In this document: piece after piece, positions 27,018 to 40,530 of the stretch | Layout of the letters: each line of letters opens with the position of its first letter | How positions within the stretch are numbered: the first letter of the stretch is position 1 | NCBI GenBank assembly: GCA_013265495.1 | Contig: MU058228.1 | Coordinates: 62,001 to 126,000, forward strand | Direction: 5' to 3' | Origin: Vicugna vicugna | Lineage: Eukaryota | Length of the DNA: 64,000 nucleotides | Program-made: the position numbers and the translations under genes | Notes under the pieces: generated by a model | The model's database searches: none | What the model saw: the letters and a program-made list of their open reading frames with translations, nothing else | What the model was told of the DNA's origin: nothing

Positions 27018-27144
27018 CCTGGGGAATCACGTTCCCGTAATTCTCCTGCCTGTTGTCCCTACTGGGATTCCTCCGAGCCAGGTTCTGACAGCCCCACTCC
27101 TCCAGGATGAGGGACACGGCCATGTCCTCGATCTTCACCATTGC
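27018..27144 (-). CDS. ZKSCAN1: ZKSCAN1 exon 5 (127 nt), divergent KRAB-A box
   Basis: Acceptor ttccag|GCA, donor CAGG|gtaaga. Encodes AMVKIEDMAVSLILEEWGCQNLARRNPSRDNRQENYGNVIPQ. 127 nt is the usual KRAB-A exon size. Confidence 0.93.
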
Positions 27145-27414
27145 CTGGAATAACATGAGACCCCCACACTCAGTTCCCCGAAGCTCAGGGACAATCCCAC
27201 TGCCCGAACCTGGAGTCAGGGATGGAGGGACTGCAAACCTACAGGATGCTGGGGAAGAAAAGGTGACCAGGCTGGACTCTGACGGACAGGCGGGGAGTGG
27301 GGCTACTCTCTGGGCAGGGGGGTTAAGAGCGAGTGCCCTGGGTGAAGACTGCTGAAGAGCTCCGGGAAGAGAGGCAGACAGGGACTCCGGAGGGCAGAGG
27401 GGCCCACAGCTCAC

Positions 27415-27506
27415 CTGGGAATCTGCCGTGAATAGTGCAGATGCCATCGCCTGGTCTCTGGGACTCCCCTCGTGATGAGGGGCAGGAACGTGGGTGGCAG
27501 GGAGAG
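27415..27506 (-). CDS. ZKSCAN1: ZKSCAN1 exon 4 (92 nt)
   Basis: Acceptor cccctag|CT, donor CAG|gtgagc. Encodes ...PRDQAMASALFTADSQ. Confidence 0.93.
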
Positions 27507-29125
27507 CTAGGGGAGGAGAAAGGAGCTGTAAGTGAAGCCAGCTCTGCCCTGGGATCCCCTCAACGAAGGGCCCAGGGGCACTCTCCTTCTTGCGTCTGGA
27601 TGTTTGACGCTCAATGTTTAATTACAGAGTAGACAACTACAGAGAATATAAGAAAAAAAAAGCAAAACCTCTCACTTCCCGAGACCTCTGTTTTTAAGCA
27701 GGAGTAATAAGGAGTCATAAAAGGGTCCTTAAAATCGCCTGGTCGAAACTCTACTTTAAAGAAGGGAAAACGAAGGCCCCAAGGAGGTAAATGACTTGCC
27801 TAGTGTCATACTGTTAAGAATGGCAGAGTTAGAACTGGAACCCACGCTTCTGTCCACAGCTGCAGAAGGAACGGTGTACCAAGACTTCAGAATCCCGCTT
27901 AGTTGTGAAAAATGCAAGTGTTAAAAATCTTTAGTAGTACTGTCTTGAAACACAGGGTAGGAAGTGGGTCTTAGTACTTCTGGGTAAGTTTTTGCCCTTT
28001 TTTGTCCCTCTACTTTTCTCCTTCACTTAGCCACAGTTTTTTTGATAAAATGTGTACATGGTTCAAGTGCTGACGAGACATTTACAAGTGTGGAAAGGCA
28101 TGGGCTGACACTCATCTAATAAAAATCATCTACATTACAGGGTCAGGCTAGCTGCAACGTGTAAGAAAAACGGGAAAATTTTTAAACTGCAAAATTAAAA
28201 TCCTCCCTTGCCAAGTAATGCTACATTTGGAAACGTTACTGGTAATGATGTTATTGTGCTGCAAAGATACCAGAAAAATGAATTTGAAGCGGAATCACTA
28301 AATCTTGTAGCTATTTCAGACCACACAGTGATAATGTAAGCTAAAGCACAATGTAAAAAGGATCAGTACGCAGCTCTTCAACCTTCCGAGGGTTAGGAAG
28401 TACTCTGGAAGATGAGCAGCACAAAGAGGACACTGAGAGTAAGTGCACGCGCCTCAATTCCCCGAAGAACTATTTACCAAGTGACAAATGTATGTGTCCA
28501 GGCCTCCAAAACTGTTATACTCCGGGAACCTGAAGCCCTAATCCTGGCATTTTAAAACCTTTTAGATTTCCTGATTTCACCCTGCGGAGGGTGCAGAGAG
28601 CTCACAAGCCCTCGGAGGACATAACGGGACTGGGCTGACAGCAGTGGATTAAACATCACAGCACACTGGTTTACACAGATTTCTCCAGCATATGAATGCT
28701 GGTTATCCTCCCAGAATTCACGGAAGAGAATGCTTCCTTAAGCTCTACTATTCCTACCCTAAATATCATCATATCACAAATACACATTGGCTGAGGAATG
28801 TGCCTTTACCAACTCTTGTTGAACAACCATACTTTTAGCATGTTATTATTTTTTTAAACTCATACTCTATGTACCTACTTTTAAAAATTGGGTAAAGATA
28901 TTGTTAGTATCTCCCTCAAAGGAAAAAAAAGTTAAACTGATTTTTATTTATATGATCCTGAAATGATTGTTTTGGTCTCATGTTCTTCAACCAAACACAA
29001 AACTTTTTTTTTTCCCCCATCCTTTCCCCACTCCTGGAATTTCTGAAAGTAATCTATGCAAAGAGTGATGTCATACAGTATTCTATACGTTTTACATAAA
29101 ATGAATTTTAAAATGACCCTTTTAG

Positions 29126-29277
29126 GAGGGGAGGGTATAGCTCAGTGGTAGAGTGCATGCCTTGCATACATGAGGTCCTAGGTTCAATCCCCAGTACCTC
29201 TATCAAATAAACAAACAAACCTAATTATGTCCCCCTGCAACAAAACAAAACAACAAATGAAGAATGTATAAAAAAAA
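29126..29277 (+). mobile_element. tRNA-derived SINE (vic-1-like, long-tail type) in ZKSCAN1 intron 3
   Basis: tRNA-like head. Perfect target-site duplication TAAAATGACCCTTTTAG at 29109-29125 and 29278-29294. Confidence 0.9.
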
Positions 29278-29320
29278 TAAAATGACCCTTTTAGAGATAA
29301 TTTATGACACACTAGAGTAT

Positions 29321-29324
<4 letters not shown>

Positions 29325-29353
<29 letters not shown>
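29325..29353. repeat. (TA)n microsatellite
   Basis: Uninterrupted TA run. Confidence 0.95.
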
Positions 29354-29355
<2 letters not shown>

Positions 29356-29649
29356 TCTCTTCCCAGCACTTTCCTGTGGAAAAAAATCTGCTAGACATCC
29401 AGAATGCTAATAATTCAATAAATAATACAATTTTCACCCAAGTTCATTATGCACATTTCATCTACTTCCTCAGTAACATTACTTAACTCCTGAAATTGGT
29501 CTGTAAGTTATATTTCCTCTGATATTTAGTAATAATAGAAACCAACATGCTTCTTTATTACAGGCACTTCGCAACACAGAGAGGTAACCCCCATCCCATA
29601 TAGTCTGCTCTGCCCGCCCCTCTGCCCCGTGTGAAACCTTGCTTCTTAC

Positions 29650-29803
29650 CCCGTGGTTGTAAGAGGCGGGGTTTCCGAGACGAATGTCTGAAATGGGACT
29701 GGGTGGCCTCATGATGAAGGTCAAAGCTGGAGGACTCCTGTACTGGATCCAGAGGCACCATCCCCCTCGCGAGCATCTCAGGTCCATGAACTTGACCTGG
29801 GAC
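29650..29803 (-). CDS. ZKSCAN1: ZKSCAN1 exon 3 (154 nt)
   Basis: Acceptor tcctcag|GTC, donor CGGG|gtaaga. Encodes VPGQVHGPEMLARGMVPLDPVQESSSFDLHHEATQSHF. Confidence 0.95.
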
Positions 29804-30047
29804 CTGAGGACAAACAGGTTGGGCTTGTGGGTAAATTACTTTTTAAACAGGAATTTAAGCAAATGAAGGGATAAGTGTACCAGTGGGTGCCGAAGGGAGA
29901 GGGCGGAACACTTTTCAATATCGAAGCAGAGCAGGATAAAAGCACCACAGAAACCATCAGAACCTGCTTTAAATCAGTAACCTTCTCTTTGCTCCGGTCT
30001 CAAAGTCCACGCGGTGCTCACACGTAACAGGTTTCACCCCTTCTTAC

Positions 30048-30473
30048 CTGCTGCCCTGACAGATCAAGCTCCAAATCTTCCAGAAGGGTCACAGCCTCCT
30101 CCCCACTATCGGGACGGTACTCCTGCAGCCAGACTTGGAGCTCCTTGGGCAGAATGGAAAGGAACTGCTCCAGCACCAGCAGCTCCAGGATCTGCTCCTT
30201 GGTGTTTATCTCTGGTCGGAGCCACTGGTGACAAAGTTCCTTCAGTCGACTCAGAGCCTCTCGAGGCCCAAAAGTGTTCTGGTAACAGAAGTGCCTGAAA
30301 CGCTGGCGGAATATCTCTGGGTCGGGAGGAGGAGACTCCTGCAGGCTGGCGTCCTGCCCCCACATGTGCTCTTCCTCATCCTCCTCCTCCACCTTCACTA
30401 TCACGATCCCGTCCTTCTCCTGGGCAGCCTGGGGGGACAGACCAGTGGCTTCCCTCGACTCAGCTGTCATCAT
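30048..30473 (-). CDS. ZKSCAN1: ZKSCAN1 first coding exon (exon 2 spans 30048-30565): SCAN domain
   Basis: [31 protein letters not shown]...[34 protein letters not shown]. Acceptor cttcag|G at 30566/30565, donor CAG|gtaaga. 426 coding nt. Confidence 0.97.
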
Positions 30474-31264
30474 TCAGGCTCAGGGACCTGACCTGATCTG
30501 AACAGGACGTGCGCTCTCCTTTCTGTCCCAGGAGATGTCTTCTAATAGCTGTTTCCGCGCTCTTCCTGAAGTAGTAAGAAACAGTTATGAGTGCCTTTAT
30601 GAAGTGACCCGCACTGTTAACACTTCATACAAGCAGAGGCATCAAGGCACTAAGAATGCCTCTGAAGAGGAAAGGAAAGGAAAAAAGCCTCCAAGCCGCA
30701 CTCTTTTCACTGTCATTTTACACACTAAGGTTTGCAAACAAACCTCCAACTGGTGGGTTCCACCCTCAGGGTGTCTGCCTGAGTCCAAGTGCCTTCTCTC
30801 CAGGTGGGGGGCAGGTGATGACATCACGTGTTTACAAGCTTAGCCCAGCGAGCTGAAGGTCAGCAGGCTGCCGGGGACCAAGCTTCACGCAGCACCGGCA
30901 CCCATCTCCTGTCCTCCCAGGACTACCACAGTCCAGGCCGGCACCTTCTCACAGAGGACACAGCCGAGGCTTAGACAACGGACAGAGATGTGCTCAGGAG
31001 CAAGGGGCTACCCACCTAGCGGAGCCAACAGTGGAGGCGAATTTGAAGCCCCGGGCTTGCTTGTCGACCATCTAGCTATTTTTATTATCTTTATGGGTGC
31101 CTTGGTCAGTACAAGATGATCCACTTTGGATACAGAAAGAGTCAGAATGTCTATTTGTATTTTCAAATTGAGAGAAAATAAACCATATTTAATATGCAAA
31201 GTGACACTAATGAGCTCGTTTGGTTCAAATGCTCAACTGTCGCACATCACACAGGAGACAAGCA

Positions 31265-31565
31265 ATGGAGGGGAACTAGCAAAATGGGTCAAGTGATACA
31301 AACTTCTAGCTATAAAATAAGTTAAGTCCTGAGGATGTAATGCACAGCATGGTGACTACAGTGAATAATTCTGTATTGCTTATTTGAAAGTTGCTAAGAG
31401 AATAGTTCTTAAAAATTCTCATTGAAGGAAAAAAGTTTCATAACTCTGGTTACAGATGTTAACTAGATTAGTGATGATCTCTTTACAATATATACAAATA
31501 TTGAATCATGTTGTACACCTGAAACTAATATAATGTTCTGTCAATTCTATCTTAAAAAAAAAAGA
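31265..31565 (+). mobile_element. LINE-1 3' UTR fragment (L1MA-like) in ZKSCAN1 intron 1
   Basis: AAACTTCTAGCTATAAAATAAG...GTTGTACACCTGAAACTAATATAATG followed by poly(A). Confidence 0.8.
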
Positions 31566-34459
31566 AAAAGAGAGACAAGTAGTTTTGAAGATTCTTGCAG
31601 AGAAACTAGATTTAGGGGAAATACTAATGATGGAAACACACACAAACATGAAAATGGCACAGCTGACGCTTCTATCCAGAGCAATTTTTTACTCAGCCAC
31701 ATTAGCAGGTAAAAACTAATGCTGATCTATATCAACCAAGAAGTCAACCGATCAGTGAGAAAGTAGCAGCTAAAAAAAAAAATTTGAGGAAAGAACTATT
31801 ATGAGAACAGATGTGTGTTACTACATAATTTTAACTGCCCAAAATGATATTAAGTATCCTGGAAAATCCTTCTTACCTACACATTTAAAAAACTTGGAAA
31901 CATTTCCTAGTATGTTTTAAAATCTTTCAAATGAAGAATTTTAGTGGGTCTTAAACCTATCTGTTAAAATGATTAAACATCTTTTGATTAGTTTGTAAGA
32001 ACAGGTGGTTTAAGGGCATGGAAAGTGGAAATGTACTAGCATACTTGGTGGAAGGATCAGCCACGAGTTACTAAGCAGAGTCAACAATGTGTTTCTTCCA
32101 TCTGAATTGACAAACCCTTGTGAAGCATCTTTTTCACCTCTACCGCCATCAAAATTAAGCATCAAATTCATGTTTTAGAGGCAGTGCATCCAACTGTTGT
32201 AGCACAATGAGATAAGCCAAGAGTTTTAAGCGAGCAAAGCATTTTTAATTACATGGCTCTCACTAAAAAATTGTTAGTAATTTTGGTGGAAAAGGGATCA
32301 CGTACATTTAAAGCACAAAAATTATTTTCAAATAGCACAGCTGAATGCATTTTTCATTGTACAAAACACTGGTGTAACAGTACATGTCTGTAATTTTTGT
32401 AAACATTTTATTGATAGGAACGTGTAACCAGAAAACTTTGGTGATGACTGTTTTAATCACAAAGAACACGATTTTAATCTGAGATTTATCACAGGAATAG
32501 TTTCTTTCTCTCTTTTTGGTCCTTAATAAAGAACAAAAATCCTTATATAGCAGTCTATAATAACAATAAAGGACATTATATTCAAAAAGGCTTTCTGCGT
32601 AAATGTAAAAAGAATGTAGGAATTAAGTCACTACTCCAGTTACTTTAAACTGGTAAAAGTCCTGTTGCAAACTACCTTCTAGCCCTTCCTGCTGACTCCT
32701 TCAGACTAATTTTGCACCTCTCCCTCTTTGCTGCGGGTAATAGATTTTGTTTTTCAACTTCAGAGCAGCTTTATCTGTAAAGTCCTTACAGCTACAATTA
32801 TGCAATTTCCTAAGCACTTCTGCAGATCTACAACATGCAAGGGGTCTCGCTCAACTGACGAATAGAAAGACGAGGAGCACGATTCCTATTTTTACACAAA
32901 TATAGTACAAAGCAGTTGTGCCAACGGTTTTAAGGAGGTTTCAACACCTCCGCAGAGTGCTGGAGGGGCCCTGAGAAGTAACTGACAGCTAAAACGGCAG
33001 CTTCTGGAACCCACCCCGCCTCCCTCAGAACAGCCACAGCCAGAAAGGACCTCGACAGGAAAAGGCCACAAGTAGGGAGCCCAAGAGACCCCTCCTTCGG
33101 CTACCGTTTTCCCAAAGGGAGGCTAAATGGTTCCTATGAACCTTAGTTTCCCTCATTTCATTCTGAGAAGTGAAAAGAAAGACTATCTTGCCCTGCTACG
33201 CGGCCCACAATTATTTCCCACCGCCCTAACTCAGGCTCCACATCTCCTGCCTAGACTAGTGCACAGCCCCATACGGTTTCTCTAGCTCCAATTTCTCCCT
33301 GTTCCAAAATGAACAACGTGCCAAGATCAACCCAGTACTGCCAAAGTACGCTTCTGGTCCTTCCCTCCTTCCCCTCGGTTACTCTCAATGAGCCCTTGGT
33401 ATCTACCAGTTGAGCCTTCAAACACCACACCCCACTCTGCTTTTCCACTTTTACCTCCTGTTAATTTTCTTACGCGTGAGCCCCTATGTTTCAGCCTGTC
33501 TGGCCCATTAATGTTCCCCAAGCGTAGGCTGTGACTTTCCATCTTCACCCATTCGCTGTGAACAATCTCGCACCTCTAACAACTCTATTGGTTAAATTTT
33601 TACTCGCCCTTCAAGATGTACATCTCCTGACATTACAAGTTAAATAAGATACCTTCCTCCTTTGAACACCCTCAGTCCTTTCTCTGTTCCTATCTTAGGG
33701 AACTTACACTCTCCTTGTGTTATCTTTACTTGAGCTGCGGCTCCTACCGCTGCCTCCCAAGTAAATCTTAAGCCTCTCAAGGACAAGGATTCTGGTCTTT
33801 GTACTTATCTCCTAGAGAACTGAACAGACTTTAATTCTGGTACACTGAACAAAAGAATAAGAATTACTCAAACTATTACAGCCCCCATACCATCTTCTTA
33901 CTTAGTGGCAATTAGTGGTTGGATAGTCTACTAACATCTCCATCACTCAGGCTCAGAACCTCATCTTCCCTGACTCCTCTCTCCTCACATGCATTGACTC
34001 CAAGCACCAGGGAGAAGAAATGCTTTGTTCACACTTTTCTATCTAGTCCTTGAAGTCCAGCTGCTTCTCTTTGGTTTCCTGCCTTCACTTTCTCCCTCCC
34101 CTCCCCCTCACAATTCGTCTCCCACCTTACTCTAAGTTTCTTACTAAAACTCTATCGCCCTGCAGTCACCTACTCCCAGCACCTGGTCCCAGTGTCCCCT
34201 CAAGCTTCAGTTCCCATCAATTTCTCCCCCCTCCCCTGCATGAACCCTCTCCATCCTGGGTTGGATGAGTCTACTCAGCATTTACAAAACATGCCTTCTA
34301 TTTTGATCAGTCCTTTTCTCACATCACACTCAATGCCTGGGATTTTCTTCCCAGTCTTCTCTGCCTTTTCAAATCCTACTTATCCTCCAGAGTTAAGTTA
34401 AAACGCCATTTGCCCCTCACTGGTTCAATTCACGAAGTCTCTAGTAGGCTTAACAGCAC

Positions 34460-34620
34460 AAACCAATGTTTACTGAGTGTTTTCTATGTACTTGGCATTA
34501 GGTACGACTATCATCTCACTTTATGAAAAACCAAGGTTTACAGATGTTAAATAACATACCCAAGGTCACAGAGCAATTAAATGACAGAGCCAGGATTTGG
34601 AATTAGGTCTGTGGGACCCT
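34460..34620 (-). mobile_element. MIR (other copies at ~27740-27850, 35530-35670, 42790-42870, 46280-46780, 51170-51480, 55520-55750)
   Basis: MIR core motifs such as CCCAAGGTCACAGAG...AGAGCCAGGATTTG and CTCAGTTTCCTCATCT variants. Confidence 0.6.
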
Positions 34621-37149
34621 TCAGTTTACGCTCCAACCACCATACCAAACACATGGGTAAGGGAGGGCTTCTGTGCACACACAGATTCTTTCTAAGAGGA
34701 AGGCCTATGAAGGATGACCCCTCAGCAACGGGCCTCATCTGCCAACCGCTGTTTTCACTGCAGAGCCGGGCGAGTTAAGAGACAGAGCAGGAGACGCAAG
34801 TGGGTATCATCTAAACTCTAACCAGGTGGGACCTTCAAACGGGACACCTGAGCAGTGGCAGGGAGCCAGTCTAGCACCAGGAGTCTCCATGAAGATTCTG
34901 CTCTGTCTCAGGTATATTAAGGAGAATACAGGAAATTTTTGTGCCCACACCTCAGTCAGAGCTTTAAAGAGCAGGAAACCCCTTGGGTCAGTGGGACTCA
35001 ACAGGAAGAGATCCTAAGGAGAAAATGAGACCCAAAGGGACAGAGAAGAGGGCACGGGGACATCCTCTCCTCCCCCAATTGTGACAGGTCCTCCCCTCAT
35101 CCCCCAACACTTCTCTGCTCCTACTCTGGGCAAGAGAAAAGCCACAACAGCAGTGGAAGGGCGGGGTTTTATTTCAGGTTTCAGATCACCTGAGCACACA
35201 CTCTCTTCTCTCTAAACTCCCAGCCCTAATGGTCTCCACCAAGCATTTGCTATGAAGTTCTTACACTGGTTCTTTCTCTGTAATTTAATTTTTCATGCCA
35301 TCCTCCTCAACTGATTATTGTTAAGGGTAGGCTTCTCTGTACCTCTTAGACCACTTAGTGTGACCCCTTGCGAGTATTAATTTTTTAAAAAGACTTGACT
35401 GAATTTATAGTGTTATTCTTTTTTGCCCATGCATACAACTTTCAGTGTTGCCCTCAAATTACAGGCAATTTAGAAGAGTTTTATTAAACTGCAAAACCAC
35501 TTCCCAGCTGGTCTTAGGTTAATCTATGCACAGATGTTTCCTTATCTGTACAAATGGGTTAAAAAACAGTATTTATCTCATAGAGTAGCTGTGAGAATTA
35601 CTGAGTCAACGTATATAAAGCACTTAAAACAGTGTCTGGCATCTAGTAGGCACTAGAGAAGTGTTTTAATTTTTCTCAATGAACTTGAGAAATGTAACTG
35701 TACTTTCCAATTTTCAGCCCGCTTAAAAATTTAAGTGATGGGAGAAATCCTGTAATAGTGAAAGCAGCACACGTTGGAACACCTGAATTCTTGTCTCCCA
35801 TGAATAAGTTACACATCCCTGGATGAGTTATTTAATCTCTCTGACACCCAGTATCTCTATCTGTCATATGGGGAGATGGGCACAGAGGAGCAGAAAACTA
35901 CTTCCAGGGTCCCTCTGGGCTGAAAACCATTCGACACACTATCCGATTTAGATAAGATTAACCCCAGTAACTGGTTCTCACCAAAGGCAAATACGAAAGA
36001 CTTTCTTACAAAAAAGGCTTGGAGTTACAAGTGCAGTTTATTCCAAAGGCTATTTTCCAAACAGGCTGGTCTCTTTTCCAGGGTGTAGCCTTGAAAAGTT
36101 GAAACAAACTGCCCTCCTCTCATTTTTGAATAGAGCTCTAAAACGCTTTAAAACATGAAAGAGCTACCTTTAAAAGACAGCTGGCTACCCAAAGAAATAC
36201 TGATACTATCTCAGAATGAAAAGGTGAGATTTAACATAACGGTCATCTGCCTTTAGATACAATATAAAGTTAGAGATGTAAATGCTTAGATCAAGAAGAG
36301 AATGAGCAAAAGACTGTATCGTATTAAGTAGCCAGCTTCCCTGTTTACTTTTTAAGATTGGTGAAAACTGCCTAAAATAATGAACAAGAATCTTAGTAAT
36401 TCAGAGACAACACAAACTTGGAGAAACATTCTGGGGCAAATCATCATTTTGGTTCACTATGTAATAAAGTTATTTCTTCACATTTGGTTAGCAAATACAG
36501 CAACAGTGCTTTGTTGACTGGTTACAATGAAATCGCCACAATTCAATTCAACAAGTATTAATTGACCACCTCCAATCCGCCTAGCATTGGTCTGTACAAT
36601 AAATGCTTTCTTTGGTCCCAGGCCATGTAACAGCCACTCTCTAGAATGAAAGTATCTTATTGTGTACTGGTGGCACTGCAGCAAAGGGAGGGGAGGGGGG
36701 CAATGTCAGGCTGAACTGCAGCCGAATTCTTCAGTTACATGGACCAAATCAAATAATCTCAAAATTGGAAGGGCTTTTTGAGAAAACCCAGTTAAACTTT
36801 ATTTTTGACAAAACAGACTTTGACAAAACAGAAGTGTCTTGTCTTATTATCCAAGATCACTCAGTTAATCAGTCTCCTAACCGCCCGGCAATTTCCACAA
36901 ATTCCCTTCACTCTTCACCCATTCCAAGTCAAGCACAGTAACTACTTCCCAGAAATGAAAAATCCACCTGATCTTCCGGACAGCTCGTTCTCAAACGCCT
37001 TCGAAATATTCCATAAGGCTTAAAGAGTGGGACATAACGTAATCTCTACTAGATCCCAGTGACTTCTTTATCCACTCTGACTAGGCTTCAAACACTCTTT
37101 AACCACCGCTTGAGGGTGGGGTGCGGGGGAAGCAGGTGATTTGGAAACA

Positions 37150-37980
37150 CGTATGCGACACCTCGAAACGTGTCCATATCTCGGCCTTTCGCATTTTTCA
37201 CCTCGAGGTCCTACAAGGACCCCGAAAAAACTCTTTCACTGGAATCAAAGCAAATGGCGACGAAGGCAGGGCAGAAAAATCAGACAGGGGTTTGGTTCGC
37301 TAGCGACCGGGTTCTCAGAAACGTCCAGCGACGATGACGACACTGCAGGCCAGGGGCCCGCAGACGGCCTCTCCCCAGGTCTCCCAGGAACCCCAGCCAA
37401 GGACCGTCGCCACCTCCCGACCTGGACCCGAGGAGGAGTAGGGACGTCTCCCCGGGGAACAGCGCTGCCTACGGCCGGGACTGCGAAGGGGTCGGGGGCA
37501 CGGACTCGCTTCACGCTGCGCCCGGGCCGCCGGAGGGGACCCCGGGGCCGCAGCTGCAGAGCCCACCCCACGCACACGCCCCTGCGGCCCCGCCCGTCCC
37601 CCCCAGAGGCCGGCCCCAAGTCTCACCGTGAGCCCCGGGAGCGGCCTAGGGGCGCTGGGCGAGCAAGGGGAGCTGACTCTGGGGCTCAGGCCGGCCGAAG
37701 GGCGCCGCACACGGACCTAGGCCCTCCCGACGCCTCGACACAGACACAATGAGTCACAAAGGCCGGAAGTGTGTCAGCACCTCGCCTTCCGGGACTGCGC
37801 CACACTTCCGCGTCCTCTCTAGGAGCACGGGAGGATTCGGCGTCTCGGATGCAGAACGCTTGCCCCGGCCCATTTCCTGCAATGGTCAAGCCTCCCGCTT
37901 TGGGGTTCCCTCCCTCAGCCTGTGCGCCCCGAATTAAGGCTGGGAAGGAAGGAGAAGGGGATTCAGGATTTCCGGGATAC
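37150..37980. promoter_or_regulatory. CpG-island promoter of ZKSCAN1
   Basis: CpG-rich. CCGGAAGTG at 37763-37771, further ETS-like CTTCCG at ~37786 and ~37805, AP-1 TGAGTCA at 37750-37756. Confidence 0.87.
37627..37775 (-). other. ZKSCAN1: Probable non-coding exon 1 of ZKSCAN1
   Basis: Lies in the CpG island. Donor ACG|gtgaga at 37627/37626. The 5' end is approximate, placed near the ETS motif. Confidence 0.7.
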
Positions 37981-39587
37981 AGACAGACTGTCCAGCACAG
38001 ACACCAGTCCATCTAATAATTCGATTTCTCCTGTCTCTTCCACCTCGGGCAGCCCTTGTAGTAATTACAGTTATTATCCAGCAATAATAATACTTAGTAA
38101 TTATATGTCTGTGGGAGAAGAGCTGAAAGAAGGGTGTAGACAGAGGAAGATCAGAGTGAAGCCAGGGGTGGCTGGTTTCACAACCCTGCCGTGGTAGTTT
38201 CTCTCGGGCCCTGGCGATGTCTGCCAATTGAGTGGGTGGTATTTTCAAATACTTGGCCTGTGGACAAAGGACGTCTTTCTACAACCAAGCTAGTTCTAAG
38301 GTTCTGTGTTTTGCTCATGTGACATGTGCTATTATAGCAGTTTAAAAGTTTTCAGAGTAACAGCAGCAGCTTTTGCCTTACCTACAATTATGGCCTTCCC
38401 CTTTAACTGGCCAGATACAGTGGAACCAACACTCCACCTTCTGTGCCAGGGTCACCACGGGCTTTATGGTTGTGACTTTGCTCTGCGTTCCAAGGCAAAT
38501 TCATGGCAGGGACTGAACTTAGTAGCTTGGTTGCAGGACTCCTATTGCTTGGAGGAGATTACTTAAAAAAAAATAATCTTGAAAACTGAAAGGCAATTAC
38601 AGTATCATTAAATGACAATTGCAAAATGGAGAAAAAGAATCCCCTGTAATCCCGCCACCCTAACTCGACTATGATGGCTTCAATTTATCCCTTTCCTGTT
38701 TTCATATGCATATGTTTTTATTTACTATTTTAAACATGGTTCAAAACTATGGTTGTGTGCTTGAAGGACCTGCCACATTCATGTTGTGTGACCACTATTT
38801 GGACCCAGGCCGATGGGCTCAGGTTTGGGCACCTGATGGGAGCACAGCTTATAAAATATATATATGCTGACCAGTGGATAATGGACATGGTCTGGTCTGA
38901 GAGCTCTGACTAATGGAACAGTAGGGAACTTAAGCAATCAGATCTCTTTTCTTGGGACATTTAAATGTGAGACACACAGAAAACTGGGGCCAAGCAGAAA
39001 TCAGTAAGCAGAAGCCATTAGGTGATAGAAGCCACGGAGGTCATGAGTAAGCTGAGGTTTGAGTAGAGGGAAAAACCAACCGAGCTAGAGAAACAAGGAG
39101 GCTGATGCATCCCATGGCAGAGGTCACAGAAGGGAGCCCAGCCACCTCGAACTGATAGCCCACAGCCTAATGAGATGACAGCCTGAATAACCTCCAGGCC
39201 CCAAACAAGGTTTTATTCTCTGCATCACTTGACTTGGCTGCAGCCGCCATTTTACCCTGTCTCCTGACTTCCGCGTGTGTCTTTACAATAAATCCTTCAC
39301 CAGCAAAAGTCTCACTTTGTTCCTTGCCACCTGGGAAAGCCCGATGTGACTGATGTGAAATCATGTATACTACTTCAAAATGCTTAATATCAAGCCATTG
39401 ACATTTAAAATTTTCCTACACTTCCTCTGTTTCCAGACACATCGAATATTTCCAAAGTTCTACGACGTTAAGAAACATTTAAATGAAGATTTTTGTGCAA
39501 ATGTCTTTTGGATTATTTAATTAGGATAGATTCTGACAAGTGGGTTTACTAATTTAACAGTATGAGCTTTAAAAACATATATACTAC

Positions 39588-40172
39588 CATTATTTACAAA
39601 TTGCCAAGATATGGAAGCAATCTAAGTGTCCATTAACAGATGAATGCATTAAGAAGATGTGATAACATATATATATGTATGTATACACACACACACACAT
39701 ACATACAATGGAATACCACTCTGCCAAAAAAAAGAATTAAATTTTGCCATTTGCAACAACATGGACGGACTTGGAGGGTATTATGCTTAGTGAAATAAGT
39801 TGGACAGAGAAAGACAAATACCATATGATATCACTTATATGTGAAATCTAAAAAATACAACAAACTAAGTAGTGAATATAACAAAAAAGAAACAGACTCA
39901 CAGATAAAGAGAATAAACTAGTGGGGACTTTATAGATACAGAAAACTTACCAATGGCGAGAAGGGGGAGGGGCAATGTTAGGTGTGGAGGTTAAGAGGTA
40001 CAAACTACTATAAATAAAGTAAGTCTCAAGGATGTATTGTACAGCAGAGGGAATAGAACCAATATTTTATATTAACTATACATGGAGTATAACCTTCAAA
40101 AATTGTGAATCACTCTACTGTACACTTGTAAATTATATAATATTGTACATGAACAATACTTCAATAAAAAAT
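39588..40172 (+). mobile_element. LINE-1 3' end, same family as 8760-9315
   Basis: CATTATTTACAAATTGCCAAGATATGGAAGCAA...TACTTCAATAAAAA. Confidence 0.85.
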
Positions 40173-40414
40173 AATATATATAGCCATATTTCTTCCCCAA
40201 AGAGGTTCAGTTCTTATCTTTATCTTGCAGCAAAGTTAATTACACCAGAAGGGTAGCAAATGTCCTTCCATTAACCTTACTTAACCTCTTGGGTCACATT
40301 GGAGTTATGGCAGAACTTATTTATCTACTCATAGCCATTTATCATCTATTATGTATCAAGGATTAATTTTGGAGGATACAAAAGTGATAAAGCACTGGTC
40401 TTCAAGCAATTTAT

Positions 40415-40530
40415 TTATTTATTAAAAAATTTTAAAACTGAAGTACAGTCACTCACAATGTGTCAATCTCTGGTGTACAGCAAAATGCCCCAGTCATGCA
40501 TATACATACATACATTTATTTTCATTTTCT
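40415..40530 (-). mobile_element. Short 5'-truncated L1 3' end
   Basis: Reverse-complement match to the nested L1 at 8630-8725. TSD TTCAAGCAATTTAT at 40401-40414 and 40531-40544. Confidence 0.8.

Noticed and set aside
37141..37752. Long ORFs in the CpG islands (also 13542-14042, 58233-58823, 58255-58794)
   Set aside because: Low-complexity R/G/P/A translations expected from GC-rich, stop-poor DNA, with no recognisable domain.
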